Positions 1-8,820 of a stretch of DNA of 64,000 nt are shown one piece after another. Below the pieces are notes generated by a model. The model made no database searches. It was not told the origin of the DNA and was given only the letters and a program-made list of their open reading frames with translations. The DNA lies in the sequence record NC_016571.1. One strand, 5' to 3'. The first letter of the stretch is position 1. Every line of letters starts with the position of its first letter. The translations under genes and the position numbers were made by a program.

Positions 1-5
1 AGACC

Positions 6-20
6 TATATTACCTAAGTG
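6..20 (+). promoter_or_regulatory. putative phage early promoter (TATATTAC-CTAAG-TG)
   Basis: Matches a motif repeated 10 times upstream of plus-strand genes; resembles the phiKZ early promoter TATATTAC. Confidence 0.7.
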
Positions 21-80
21 TAAATACAATAAGTATTAGTTAGGCTAATACATTCACCTGCAAATTTAAGGAACAACATC

Positions 81-431
81 ATGGCTAACAACTTCGCATT
101 CGTAAACCACTATGAAACCCGTAACGCTGCTGGCGTTGCTTTCATCAAATCTCGTCTGGTTGCTCTGATCAACTTCTCTTCTGAAGAGAAAGAAGATGAA
201 ATCGGTTCAGTAACTATGAACGCTATCCGCACGATCGCTCGTGTTGCTTTTGGTCGTATCCCATTCGGTCGCACTGAGTTCAAATCTAACTCAGTTGAAA
301 CCTTCCAGAACTGGTACAACGATTTCGCTGAAACTAACAATCTGAAATCCATCAAAGTTACTGGTGTATGGAACGAAGAAACTCAGATCGCTTTCGCTTC
401 TATCGCTGATAAGTACGAGGGCACTCTGTAA
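81..431 (+). CDS. hypothetical protein, probably early and highly expressed
   Basis: 116 aa ORF, RBS AAGGAA, strong codon bias, directly after promoter motif. Confidence 0.8.
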   Translation: MANNFAFVNHYETRNAAGVAFIKSRLVALINFSSEEKEDEIGSVTMNAIRTIARVAFGRIPFGRTEFKSNSVETFQNWYNDFAETNNLKSIKVTGVWNEETQIAFASIADKYEGTL

Positions 432-477
432 TAAACAACGTAGTTAACTTAACCAAATTCTAATAAGGAATATCGAA

Positions 478-654
478 ATGACTCCATTCATCAAATCTGT
501 AATCATCACTGTAATTGTTATGGCTCTGATCATCATCGGAAATGTATTCGGTACTCCTGCATTCATCGCTGCATCAGTAGCAGTTGCCGCTATCGCAGTA
601 GTTCTGTCTTACTATGTGTTTGATGGAATGATGGCGGCATTCAGAAAGTGTTAA
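478..654 (+). CDS. small membrane protein, 58 aa, two predicted TM helices (not in ORF track)
   Basis: ATG478 after TAAGGAA; MTPFIKSVIITVIVMALIIIGNVFGTPAFIAASVAVAAIAVVLSYYVFDGMMAAFRKC; followed by terminator. Confidence 0.75.
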   Translation: MTPFIKSVIITVIVMALIIIGNVFGTPAFIAASVAVAAIAVVLSYYVFDGMMAAFRKC

Positions 655-659
655 TAAGA

Positions 660-716
660 ATCCCATCCTAGTTTAATACTAGCGATGGGATAACTTGTTT
701 ACTTTATTTTATTTTT
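660..716 (+). terminator. stem-loop plus T-rich tract
   Basis: ATCCCATC-CTAGT...ACTAG-C-GATGGGAT (660-691), then TTTATTTTATTTTT. Confidence 0.65.
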
Positions 717-732
717 GTTTCAAGGATCCATA

Positions 733-1422
733 ATGGCTAAGAAAGTTTTACTTGCAGTTGACATGGATGACACGTTAACTGAAACTCGTCTTATAATACT
801 GAAAGATATTTATAACCGACTTATCCAAAATGGTCGTTTAGCTGAAGCGACCTATGTTAATCAAAATTATCACATCTCTCCTTTACTCTGGAGTAAAGAA
901 ATGTGTGATGTTGTTTATGAGTACGTAATTGAGTCTGGCGATTTCATGTGGTGTGCGTCGCCCGCTAAATTAGTTAGAGACGGTCTGGCTGATTTACTGC
1001 GTGCATTCAGCGACCACCAATGGGGACCTTATTTTAAATCAGTTGTCTGTACGCACCGAGGATTCCATAAGAGCGGGTTACTGGCGACAACTGACTGGCT
1101 GATTCGTCACAACTGTGACGATGTGTTCTCTGAAGTTCATGCGTTAGATCCCAAAGAACATCCTAACAAGATTGACTTCTTGCGGAAAGTTTATCCTGAT
1201 TACGAAATTCTGTTATTGGATGACAATCCATTCCATGATCCGCATCTGGTTCATCCATACTCAGATGAAGTTCTGATTGTTGAAACAGAGCACGCCCTTC
1301 CTGGTTACGTTAATCAGGAGAAGTTTACAGACCTGGACGATCTGAAAGTCCGTATCATCCGCAAGATGTTTGGTCGGCGTGGATACGAGAAACTCATTAA
1401 ACAGTATGCTGATATCGCATAA
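733..1422 (+). CDS. HAD-superfamily phosphatase, 5'(3')-deoxyribonucleotidase-like
   Basis: Motif I LLAVDMDDTL, motif II VCTHR, motif IV LLLDDNP; start moved to ATG733. Confidence 0.7.
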   Translation: MAKKVLLAVDMDDTLTETRLIILKDIYNRLIQNGRLAEATYVNQNYHISPLLWSKEMCDVVYEYVIESGDFMWCASPAKLVRDGLADLLRAFSDHQWGPYFKSVVCTHRGFHKSGLLATTDWLIRHNCDDVFSEVHALDPKEHPNKIDFLRKVYPDYEILLLDDNPFHDPHLVHPYSDEVLIVETEHALPGYVNQEKFTDLDDLKVRIIRKMFGRRGYEKLIKQYADIA

Positions 1423-1431
1423 GGAAACACC

Positions 1432-1914
1432 ATGGGTGTTGAAATAAGAATCCTCACTAATGATGATCTAAGAACTATTCCCACCAGAATCAGTTCAGGG
1501 ATTATTAAGTTGGTAAAAGGATTAACAGAAGTTGAGCAACCTTTAACCCGATTTGACTTTGAGCGTGTCCCAAGTGAGGTTGCTACCTATGGGCTAGATT
1601 TCTATCTTGCTCCTGGTAACATAATGACCATTGCTTTAAACACAGTCACATCTGAAGTATTGGGGATGGTCATTAATAAGATCAATGACGTAGATCACTT
1701 GAAGGTATCTGCGTTATGGTATCTGTATATCGTTCCAGAGTGTCGTGGTAAAGGTCTTGGTAGACAGCTTATGGAATCTTCGGAAGAGATGTCTCGTCGC
1801 TTAGGAGCCAACTCAATGCTTCTGAGCGTATTACCCGATAACCTCTCTGCAATCGAGTTCTATAATGAACTTGGTTATAAACCACAATTAATCAATTTAG
1901 CTAAGGATCTCTAA
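1432..1914 (+). CDS. GNAT-family acetyltransferase
   Basis: Acetyl-CoA motif A YIVPECRGKGLGRQLM; motif B N..AIEFYNELGY. Confidence 0.85.
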   Translation: MGVEIRILTNDDLRTIPTRISSGIIKLVKGLTEVEQPLTRFDFERVPSEVATYGLDFYLAPGNIMTIALNTVTSEVLGMVINKINDVDHLKVSALWYLYIVPECRGKGLGRQLMESSEEMSRRLGANSMLLSVLPDNLSAIEFYNELGYKPQLINLAKDL

Positions 1915-2624
1915 TGAACCAGACCTTTTATAAGGTAAACACCTTCGCATCTCCACTTTCTTATTCGCTGATTTTGGCTGCTGATGAACGTGGCGGGATT
2001 GGGCTTGATAATGACCTCCCGTGGAAACTGGCAGGCGTTAACAATAAGTCAGATATGCAATGGTTCCGTGATAAGACCAAAGGTAAGATCATCATCATGG
2101 GATATAACACCTGGGTGAGCATCGGCCGTAAACCTTTACCAGGTCGTTACAACGTGATCATTACTGAAAAGCACTATGACGAAGTCGGTAGTGATTTAAA
2201 GGCATGGGGTGAGGAATACTACAAAACAGAAAAGGGTCAAGCTTCACCGATTCACTCGGCTGTGTGTAAATCCCCTAGCCTTGCTGTCGCGTACCTTGAA
2301 AATACCTTAGGTTACGCAACCCGTGGTGGCGAGGTAATGGTTATCGGTGGTGCTCGTATCTATGAAGCTTTCATGGAGTACGCATCCCGCATTTATCTGA
2401 CCACTTTCGAAGGTGAGTTCAAAGCGGACACATTTGTTAAACTGGATCTAACTGATTTCGAATTACGGTACCGTGATACCATGGGAGTACTGGATCCTAA
2501 GTTTGAGATTTGGGATGTTACTGAGCAGGTTGCAAAACGTCCAGATTCAGAGATCATTCAAATCTCTTATGGTCTCAAAGAAGCCACAGGTTGGGTTGCT
2601 GATATTGTTAAGGATAAAGAATAA
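1914..2624 (+). CDS. folA: dihydrofolate reductase
   Basis: AADERGGIGLDNDLPWK, IIMGYNTW, PLPGRYNVIIT, VIGGARIYE, IYLTTFEGEFKADTF. Confidence 0.92.
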   Translation: MNQTFYKVNTFASPLSYSLILAADERGGIGLDNDLPWKLAGVNNKSDMQWFRDKTKGKIIIMGYNTWVSIGRKPLPGRYNVIITEKHYDEVGSDLKAWGEEYYKTEKGQASPIHSAVCKSPSLAVAYLENTLGYATRGGEVMVIGGARIYEAFMEYASRIYLTTFEGEFKADTFVKLDLTDFELRYRDTMGVLDPKFEIWDVTEQVAKRPDSEIIQISYGLKEATGWVADIVKDKE

Positions 2625-2833
2625 TGTTTGTTATTCCAAATGAGCACGTTACTGCTGTAAAGGCAGATGAAATCTTTATCGTCTCTAAAATGGGACATGG
2701 GCGTGCTTCCTTGTGTGGAAGTAAACTCACTCTGGATGTTCCAGGTGAGGGACTGTATCTGGGAATGCGCTTTACGGCTACCGCCAACAACAGGGTTATT
2801 CCTGTGAGTAAAAAGAAGCCATTGTTTAAATGA
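2624..2833 (+). CDS. hypothetical protein
   Basis: 69 aa, TAATG-coupled to DHFR, followed by terminator. Confidence 0.65.
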   Translation: MFVIPNEHVTAVKADEIFIVSKMGHGRASLCGSKLTLDVPGEGLYLGMRFTATANNRVIPVSKKKPLFK

Positions 2834-2838
2834 TAGTT

Positions 2839-2869
2839 GGGTGGGGAGCTTCGGCTCCTCATCCTTTTT
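2839..2869 (+). terminator. intrinsic terminator with UUCG loop
   Basis: GGGTGGGGAGC-TTCG-GCTCCTCATCC-TTTTT. Confidence 0.8.
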
Positions 2870-2893
2870 GTCTTCCTTATTATTTTTCGGACA

Positions 2894-2908
2894 GATATTA
2901 TCATCGTG
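2894..2908 (+). promoter_or_regulatory. putative phage early promoter
   Basis: GATATTAT-CATCG-TG after terminator, before 2946. Confidence 0.65.
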
Positions 2909-2945
2909 TATAAGCTCAATAAAATTTTAATCTAAGGGTAATGAG

Positions 2946-3161
2946 ATGGAAAAGTTAGTCAACATTTTAGCGAGTCGTGGAGTTCTGATTACACTGGCGA
3001 TTCTCATCGTGGTGATCAAGGGCGGAATGGCTGTATTCAGTAATCAGGGATTTAGTCTGGCTGACTTTGGTATTGGCGGGGTCTGGGCTTTCACTATTTA
3101 CTGTGTTCTTAAATTCGCTGTTAATTTCGCTAAAGGGTATATCACTGGTAAAAGAGGATAA
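2946..3161 (+). CDS. small membrane protein
   Basis: 71 aa, two hydrophobic segments, basic C-terminus. Confidence 0.7.
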   Translation: MEKLVNILASRGVLITLAILIVVIKGGMAVFSNQGFSLADFGIGGVWAFTIYCVLKFAVNFAKGYITGKRG

Positions 3162-3162
3162 C

Positions 3163-3819
3163 ATGTCCGAAGTTAAAGAAGTGGTTGAAAAGAAAGAACC
3201 TATAATCGCAGAAATTTCCATAAACAAGTCATTCAATCATGATGACATTGTGACCCTGACCGAAACAATCAGAAAAGGTGTGGATAGCTTCGACACGCTT
3301 ATCTTCTATATGAATAGCATGGGCGGTCAAATCAACACAGGTCTGGTATTCCGCGATATCGTCAATTCCTGGGATAAGAAAATAGTTTATATTTCTGAAC
3401 TATTGAATGCCAGTTTGGCGACTGCACTTCCCCAATGCGGTGATGTATTGCGTCTAGCTTATCCGACTTCCAGATTTATGCTACATGACAGCACTTATAC
3501 CTATAAAGGTACACGAGCCGATGTAGCTAACCAAATGGAATATACCAGTCATGCCGATGACGTGTGGGATAATGCCTACATGGAAGGCATTGGGTTGACC
3601 AAGAAGGAATATGCCAAACTAGTTGCTTTCGATAACGTTATGTATGCCAACAAGTTCATGATGTTGGGAACTAAAGGTGGCATCGATGGAATGATTCTTA
3701 AGCGACTCAATGTTGCCCAATATGTTTGTAATACGCGTACGGGTATCAAAATGATTGACGTTCGTTATCATACCCGCAACGATGTTCCTAATTTGCCCTT
3801 GTATAAAGAAGGTGAATGA
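3163..3819 (+). CDS. ClpP-like (S14 family) protease subunit
   Basis: FYMNSMGG (cf. ClpP YINSPGG), ASLAT (catalytic Ser), SRFMLHD (His), D.VMYA...GIDG; start moved to ATG3163 after GAGGA. Confidence 0.65.
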   Translation: MSEVKEVVEKKEPIIAEISINKSFNHDDIVTLTETIRKGVDSFDTLIFYMNSMGGQINTGLVFRDIVNSWDKKIVYISELLNASLATALPQCGDVLRLAYPTSRFMLHDSTYTYKGTRADVANQMEYTSHADDVWDNAYMEGIGLTKKEYAKLVAFDNVMYANKFMMLGTKGGIDGMILKRLNVAQYVCNTRTGIKMIDVRYHTRNDVPNLPLYKEGE

Positions 3820-4388
3820 TGGAACTACTTCACTGGTTAGCTGAACATCGAGTAGTGATTATTACCTCAATCTCCGCTTATCTACTGCTGGGTGTATTCT
3901 CACTCAGGTGGACGATAATGGGGCTGATTGGTTATCACAACGATCCCAAGGGTAACTGGATGCTACTGGTGTTCATCGTTCTTTGGTGGATACCTGCCGG
4001 TTATCTTTTATGGGCTGTTATTTGCGGATATCTAAATAGCAAGTTCGAACCCAATAACAAAGTTAAAGTAGTCGAACAGTCAAATCAACCAACTCTCTTT
4101 GTTTGTGTTGGTAAGGGAGGGAACTATGAAGCTCTCGGATTTGGCACCCCATTAGGTTCCATGGCTATTGCTCCAAATGACTTAATGTACTTTGGGCTAT
4201 CGCTGGGAGCCGGTACATGTCGAGATGAGAAACTGTCAGTCTATGCAGCAGATCAGCTCGGCGTGTTTTATTATGAAGGTTCAGTCACCAATGATGAGAA
4301 GCGAGTCTTCTACATAGATGTCGGGACCAACAAAATGTATCACAGAACTACCACAGATTTCTCACAACGCATGAAGCGTATTAAGTAA
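3816..4388 (+). CDS. membrane protein with C-terminal soluble domain
   Basis: Two N-terminal hydrophobic segments; 190 aa. Confidence 0.7.
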   Translation: MMELLHWLAEHRVVIITSISAYLLLGVFSLRWTIMGLIGYHNDPKGNWMLLVFIVLWWIPAGYLLWAVICGYLNSKFEPNNKVKVVEQSNQPTLFVCVGKGGNYEALGFGTPLGSMAIAPNDLMYFGLSLGAGTCRDEKLSVYAADQLGVFYYEGSVTNDEKRVFYIDVGTNKMYHRTTTDFSQRMKRIK

Positions 4389-4435
4389 TCTGTTAACCAA
4401 CCTCATTCATATCACCTATAGAAAGGAAATAACAA

Positions 4436-5998
4436 ATGTCTTCCATGTTAACTGAAATCTCTTTCACCAACAAAAACGACACCCGTGAAATCGTTGATGA
4501 AGTCGTAGAGAATGCATTTAGCTCTGTTTGTTCCACGATGGGTCCTAACGGGAACTACGTGGTGATCAACCAGCTTAACAGTCCGAAGGTAACTAAGGAT
4601 GGTGTATCGGTAGCAAGAGCGCTGGACTTCAATGAAGCCCGTCGCAACATGATCGCTAAGATCATTACTGAACCGTCAATTAAAACCGATGCTGAAGTAG
4701 GTGATGGTACAACTACAACTGTGTTCATCACTTATCACCTGTATCAGAAATTCAAAGACGCAATGTCGTTTGCAAATACCCGTTATCTGGATACCCTGAT
4801 CAAACAGGTACTTCAGTATATCGGTACTCTGATTCAACCAGGTGAAATCGAAAGCGAAATGTTCCGCAACATGTTGCTGACTTCCTCTAACTATGAAGAA
4901 GAGATCGTTGATAAGATTCTGGATATCTATCGCGAACATAAGAACCCGAACATCCATCTGGAAAAATCTCCGATGCTTCCAGCGGACGAAGTGAAGATGA
5001 CCAAAGAAATCTATTTCGAAGGTTCCTTCCCAATTGAAACTCAGGTTCCAGCAAACGGCGCATATGTAGTCGGACCAGAGAAAGTCGGTGTAGTTTTGAT
5101 CGATGGCTCTATCCGAGCTTATCCAACCCAGCTGATCAATGCATTACTGAATCGTTTCATTGATAACCCTGTTGTTCTGATGGCTCGTAACTTTGAACCT
5201 GAAGTGATCGCTGCTATCAATAACGAAAACCAACGTCTGGGTACCAGTCGTATCTTCGCTTATAAAGTGAATGCGGCAGGTCTGTTGGGCGCAGGCACAA
5301 TCGATGATCTGGGTCGTCTTCTGAACATCGGTCCAGTATTCGACGTCAACTCTGTTGATCCGGCTCTGGTGAAATATAACGACGTTACTCTGTGGTTGGG
5401 GCGTAAAGGGATCCTGCTGGATAAGTCTATTGAGGAGGTTGAGTCTCGTGCTGATTCTATCCTTGAAGGTCTGGATAACCGTTATGAAGCTCTGGGTATC
5501 ATTGAGCGTCAAACACCGATCGGTCGTGAGTTGAATCGTCGTATTGGTCGACTGCGTGCTAATAACGTGACCATCAAAGTAACTGGCGTAACTGTTTCTG
5601 ATGCGTCCGAACGTTGGGCTCGTTATGAAGACGTTATGAAAGCAGCGCGTACCGGACAACAGTTTGGTGTGATCCCAGGTATCGGTTATGGCTATCTGAT
5701 GGCTTCCAAATGGCTTGAGGCGAACGTTCCGCAACAATCTGATGAGAAGCTTGAGAAATGTCGTATCGGCTTGATTGAAGTGTTACGTGCGCAATATGAG
5801 CACTTGACAGGTCATGACGGTAGTGCAGAAAACCCAATCTTTATCGATCTGGTAACAGGACAGGAATCGGATACTCCGATGAATGTATACGATAACGCAG
5901 CGGCTACTATGATCGCTCTCGAAGGTGCTTGGCAAACCGCTAAGACCTTAGGTAAGATCAGTAACGTTATGGGTCGTTCTAATACAAACTACGCATAA
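4436..5998 (+). CDS. groEL: phage GroEL-like chaperonin (recalled as OBP gp246-like)
   Basis: STMGPNG, PKVTKDGVSVA, EVGDGTTT, YEDVMKAARTG, GVIPGIG; no GGM tail. Confidence 0.93.
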   Translation: MSSMLTEISFTNKNDTREIVDEVVENAFSSVCSTMGPNGNYVVINQLNSPKVTKDGVSVARALDFNEARRNMIAKIITEPSIKTDAEVGDGTTTTVFITYHLYQKFKDAMSFANTRYLDTLIKQVLQYIGTLIQPGEIESEMFRNMLLTSSNYEEEIVDKILDIYREHKNPNIHLEKSPMLPADEVKMTKEIYFEGSFPIETQVPANGAYVVGPEKVGVVLIDGSIRAYPTQLINALLNRFIDNPVVLMARNFEPEVIAAINNENQRLGTSRIFAYKVNAAGLLGAGTIDDLGRLLNIGPVFDVNSVDPALVKYNDVTLWLGRKGILLDKSIEEVESRADSILEGLDNRYEALGIIERQTPIGRELNRRIGRLRANNVTIKVTGVTVSDASERWARYEDVMKAARTGQQFGVIPGIGYGYLMASKWLEANVPQQSDEKLEKCRIGLIEVLRAQYEHLTGHDGSAENPIFIDLVTGQESDTPMNVYDNAAATMIALEGAWQTAKTLGKISNVMGRSNTNYA

Positions 5999-6001
5999 TG
6001 G

Positions 6002-6055
6002 AGCTGGCCCGGGGGAAACCTCGGGTCGGCTTTATCTCTCACCTTTCTTTTTCTT
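6002..6055 (+). terminator. 13-bp stem with GAAA loop, then pyrimidine tract
   Basis: AGCTGGCCCGGGG-GAAA-CCTCGGGTCGGCT right after chaperonin stop. Confidence 0.7.
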
Positions 6056-6064
6056 TAAGTTAAT

Positions 6065-6349
6065 ATGAATAGTTCAAACGTTCGTCAACTACTTAAGCAG
6101 CATTTGGAAGCAGACGACTTCATGGTTCAAGTGTACCTGAACAACAAGGATCCAGGCTTAAAGAATGAAGCGTTTTATTTATGCTTCCCTGTAGACTGTT
6201 CGGTAGATATTTTCAGAGTAGAAGGGAATCACTTAACTTATCACAAGAAGGAATTAAGCTCTGACTTAGAGACCGATGATATTGAGCTTCACTGCTTATA
6301 TATCGAGGAACATCATGCAGTCGAAAATAAAACTCAGGTGGGTACTTAG
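6065..6349 (+). CDS. hypothetical protein
   Basis: 94 aa ORF in operon orientation. Confidence 0.6.
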   Translation: MNSSNVRQLLKQHLEADDFMVQVYLNNKDPGLKNEAFYLCFPVDCSVDIFRVEGNHLTYHKKELSSDLETDDIELHCLYIEEHHAVENKTQVGT

Positions 6350-6370
6350 CTTAACCGAAGGAGTTTCACC

Positions 6371-6649
6371 ATGAACATGAAGAAGATAGCTGCGGCGAAG
6401 AGTGGGGGTAGAAAACTTCTGTTGAAGTCAGATACGTTGTTCCCTCTCATCTTCATGCTTATCGTGGTAACCTACGCTCTATCCCATGGTTACAGGATGT
6501 TTGCTGTTTTCAGTATGGGGTTGATCGTAGCAAGGATTGGGGAGATTATCTTTGAGATAAAGAGTAGTCTTTTCGATAAACCTTTTTTCCACTGTCTGTT
6601 GCTAATTGGAATTCCACTACAATACGGATGGAATGTGATTACCAACTAA
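6371..6649 (+). CDS. hypothetical membrane protein
   Basis: RBS AAGGAG; 2-3 hydrophobic segments. Confidence 0.65.
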   Translation: MNMKKIAAAKSGGRKLLLKSDTLFPLIFMLIVVTYALSHGYRMFAVFSMGLIVARIGEIIFEIKSSLFDKPFFHCLLLIGIPLQYGWNVITN

Positions 6650-6666
6650 ACAAGGGCAGGACTTGC

Positions 6667-7287
6667 ATGGCATCTCTTTACTTTTATTTCAGCACGATGA
6701 ATGCTGGGAAATCAACGGGACTGTTACAGGCTAACTACAACTACGGCGAGCGTGAGCTTGGAACGTTAGTTATGAAACCTGGAATTGATGACCGTGAGAA
6801 CGGCGCTATTATCAAATCACGTATTGGGCTGGAATCACCTTGCCTGATGTTTGGTAAGGATGAGAATCTTTATGATCTTGTCTATGACCGAATTAAGGCG
6901 GGTGAAGAAATTAACTGTGTATTAATTGACGAAGCACAATTCATGGAACCTATCCAGGTCACTCAGCTTGGGATGGTTGTGGATTGTCTTAAAGTCCCAG
7001 TGATGTGTTATGGTCTCCGTACTGATTTCCGTGGGGAACTTTTCCCCGGTAGTGCTAAGTTAATGGCTATCGCTAACGACATGTTCGAAGTGAGAACCAT
7101 TTGTTGGTGCGGTAAACGTGCTCAACAAGTCCTGCGTCTTGATGACCAGGGTAAGGTTATCCGTGAGGGCGATGTTGTCGTCACAGGGGGTAATGAGCGA
7201 TACGTTTCTGTATGTCGTGAACATCATCGGTTAGGGATTATCCGCAAGGCTTCTAAAGTCAAGCAGATTCATTTCCACGAAAATTGA
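6667..7287 (+). CDS. tdk: thymidine kinase (type II)
   Basis: STMNAGKST P-loop, LIDEAQF, GLRTDFRGELFPGS, Zn ligands CWCG and CREH; start ATG6667. Confidence 0.95.
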   Translation: MASLYFYFSTMNAGKSTGLLQANYNYGERELGTLVMKPGIDDRENGAIIKSRIGLESPCLMFGKDENLYDLVYDRIKAGEEINCVLIDEAQFMEPIQVTQLGMVVDCLKVPVMCYGLRTDFRGELFPGSAKLMAIANDMFEVRTICWCGKRAQQVLRLDDQGKVIREGDVVVTGGNERYVSVCREHHRLGIIRKASKVKQIHFHEN

Positions 7288-7291
7288 GATC

Positions 7292-7306
7292 GATATTATC
7301 TAAGTG
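7292..7306 (+). promoter_or_regulatory. putative phage early promoter
   Basis: GATATTAT-CTAAG-TG. Confidence 0.7.
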
Positions 7307-7340
7307 TATAGAACATAAACTATTTACTTGGAGATATATC

Positions 7341-7739
7341 ATGAGCGACGTATATAAAGAAGCAGTAGCTGGCGGTATCCGTGGCGCAGCATCTTACCTG
7401 GCTGATAAAGTTACAGGCAAGAAAACAGTTGAACCTGAAGTTGAATTAACTTTAGAAGAAATGGCTGACCACAAACGCAATGCCAAGAAAAACTACCGTG
7501 GTGGTTGTATTGGTGTGGCTGGTGCAGTACTCCTGGAACTGATGTCTCCTACTGGTTCTAAGACTTCAGCATTAGCCGCTGGCTTGGCCGGTGCATTTGT
7601 ACTACATCACTCTAAAGGTGTCCTGGATGCGGCTCCGCAGAACACTGTGATTGCTACTACAGCAGGTGCAAGCGCTGGTTGGATCTCTATGGTCGTTGGC
7701 CGTACAATGGCTTCCTACTTCCCTGGTAACGGTGAGTAA
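7341..7739 (+). CDS. Gly/Ala-rich membrane protein (glycine-zipper-like)
   Basis: ATG7341 after GGAG; GGCIGVAGA, ALAAGLAGA and TAGASAG helices. Confidence 0.75.
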   Translation: MSDVYKEAVAGGIRGAASYLADKVTGKKTVEPEVELTLEEMADHKRNAKKNYRGGCIGVAGAVLLELMSPTGSKTSALAAGLAGAFVLHHSKGVLDAAPQNTVIATTAGASAGWISMVVGRTMASYFPGNGE

Positions 7740-7745
7740 TAGAAC

Positions 7746-7788
7746 TGGCTACCTTCGGGTAGCCAACTTCTTATTCTTATTTTTTTTT
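7746..7788 (+). terminator. UUCG hairpin with displaced T-tract
   Basis: TGGCTACC-TTCG-GGTAGCCA, T9 about 14 nt later. Confidence 0.75.
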
Positions 7789-7805
7789 CTGTTCAAAGGT
7801 GCAAC

Positions 7806-8096
7806 ATGAAGATATCACATAAGTTAAGGGTGCTAATCTTATTGTTGGGTTTGGGAGTTACTTTTGTTGTATTAGGTAAAACAATCAAGCGTCATTATAC
7901 TGATGCCCAGCTGATGCAACATTGTATTAACGTAAACAAAGGAGACATACTTCCCTACCCTGAAGGATGTATGAAACCTATTCGGATAAAGAACGACATA
8001 TTCGAATTCATTAACGTTAATGGGCAAAAGGAAATGTATGTTGTTATAAAAATGAGAGATAGTACATTTCGTTATGCCAAGGTAAGAAATTCATAA
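7806..8096 (+). CDS. hypothetical protein with N-terminal TM anchor
   Basis: 96 aa; LRVLILLLGLGVTFVVLG. Confidence 0.65.
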   Translation: MKISHKLRVLILLLGLGVTFVVLGKTIKRHYTDAQLMQHCINVNKGDILPYPEGCMKPIRIKNDIFEFINVNGQKEMYVVIKMRDSTFRYAKVRNS

Positions 8097-8157
8097 TTAT
8101 CCTATGAAAGGTAATTTAAGCAGTTCCACTTTCTTTGCAATCATGGAAATATAAACA

Positions 8158-8820
8158 ATGCCAACTTTGAAAACTCCTTTTCAGTACCTGCTTGATCTGA
8201 CCGGTGCGTCTCGCATCAAAGCAGCTAAAGCAACTGGTGATGCAGCTGCTATCGCCAAAGCTGAACGTTTCTATCTGGGTCTGGATGAATCTGAATGTGA
8301 GTTCACTACTCCATGGCAGAATCCACTGGCCGGTAACAAATGGCAGGTTGATGTCACCGTTCGTACTCGTGGCTTCAAAATCCCTGGCCTGCGTTTCAAC
8401 ACCGGTACCCTGTCTCCAATGATCCGTCCTGGTGCAAACATCATGGCTAACAAATCCTCTCTGGATCTGTCTACCGTGACTGGACTGTATCACGTTTATG
8501 AAAGTGATGCTGATCACCTGCTGATTCACCCGAACAGCAATATCTACGAAGCCCTGAAAATGACCGGCTTTGTATTTGACACTTCTGCCTTTGAAGTGAC
8601 CTGGTATCCAGAACGTGATAAAGATCAGAAAGCTGATGGCTACGTTGATGTTAAACATCCGGTAGTTGCAGGTCGTCTGTTCCTGTCAGTAGTTCAGCGT
8701 GAAGTCTCTGGCGCACCTAACGTTCCTCCAGTTCTCCCGACTGATGCTAAAAACATCATTGAAGGCAAGTCTGAAGAAACCGAGGTCCAGTTGGTGAAGG
8801 CATCCAGCTTCAAACCGTAG
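8158..8820 (+). CDS. hypothetical, possibly structural, protein; N-terminal part of a frameshifted gene
   Basis: Strong codon bias; coding signal moves to the -1 frame near 8785. Confidence 0.75.
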   Translation: MPTLKTPFQYLLDLTGASRIKAAKATGDAAAIAKAERFYLGLDESECEFTTPWQNPLAGNKWQVDVTVRTRGFKIPGLRFNTGTLSPMIRPGANIMANKSSLDLSTVTGLYHVYESDADHLLIHPNSNIYEALKMTGFVFDTSAFEVTWYPERDKDQKADGYVDVKHPVVAGRLFLSVVQREVSGAPNVPPVLPTDAKNIIEGKSEETEVQLVKASSFKP

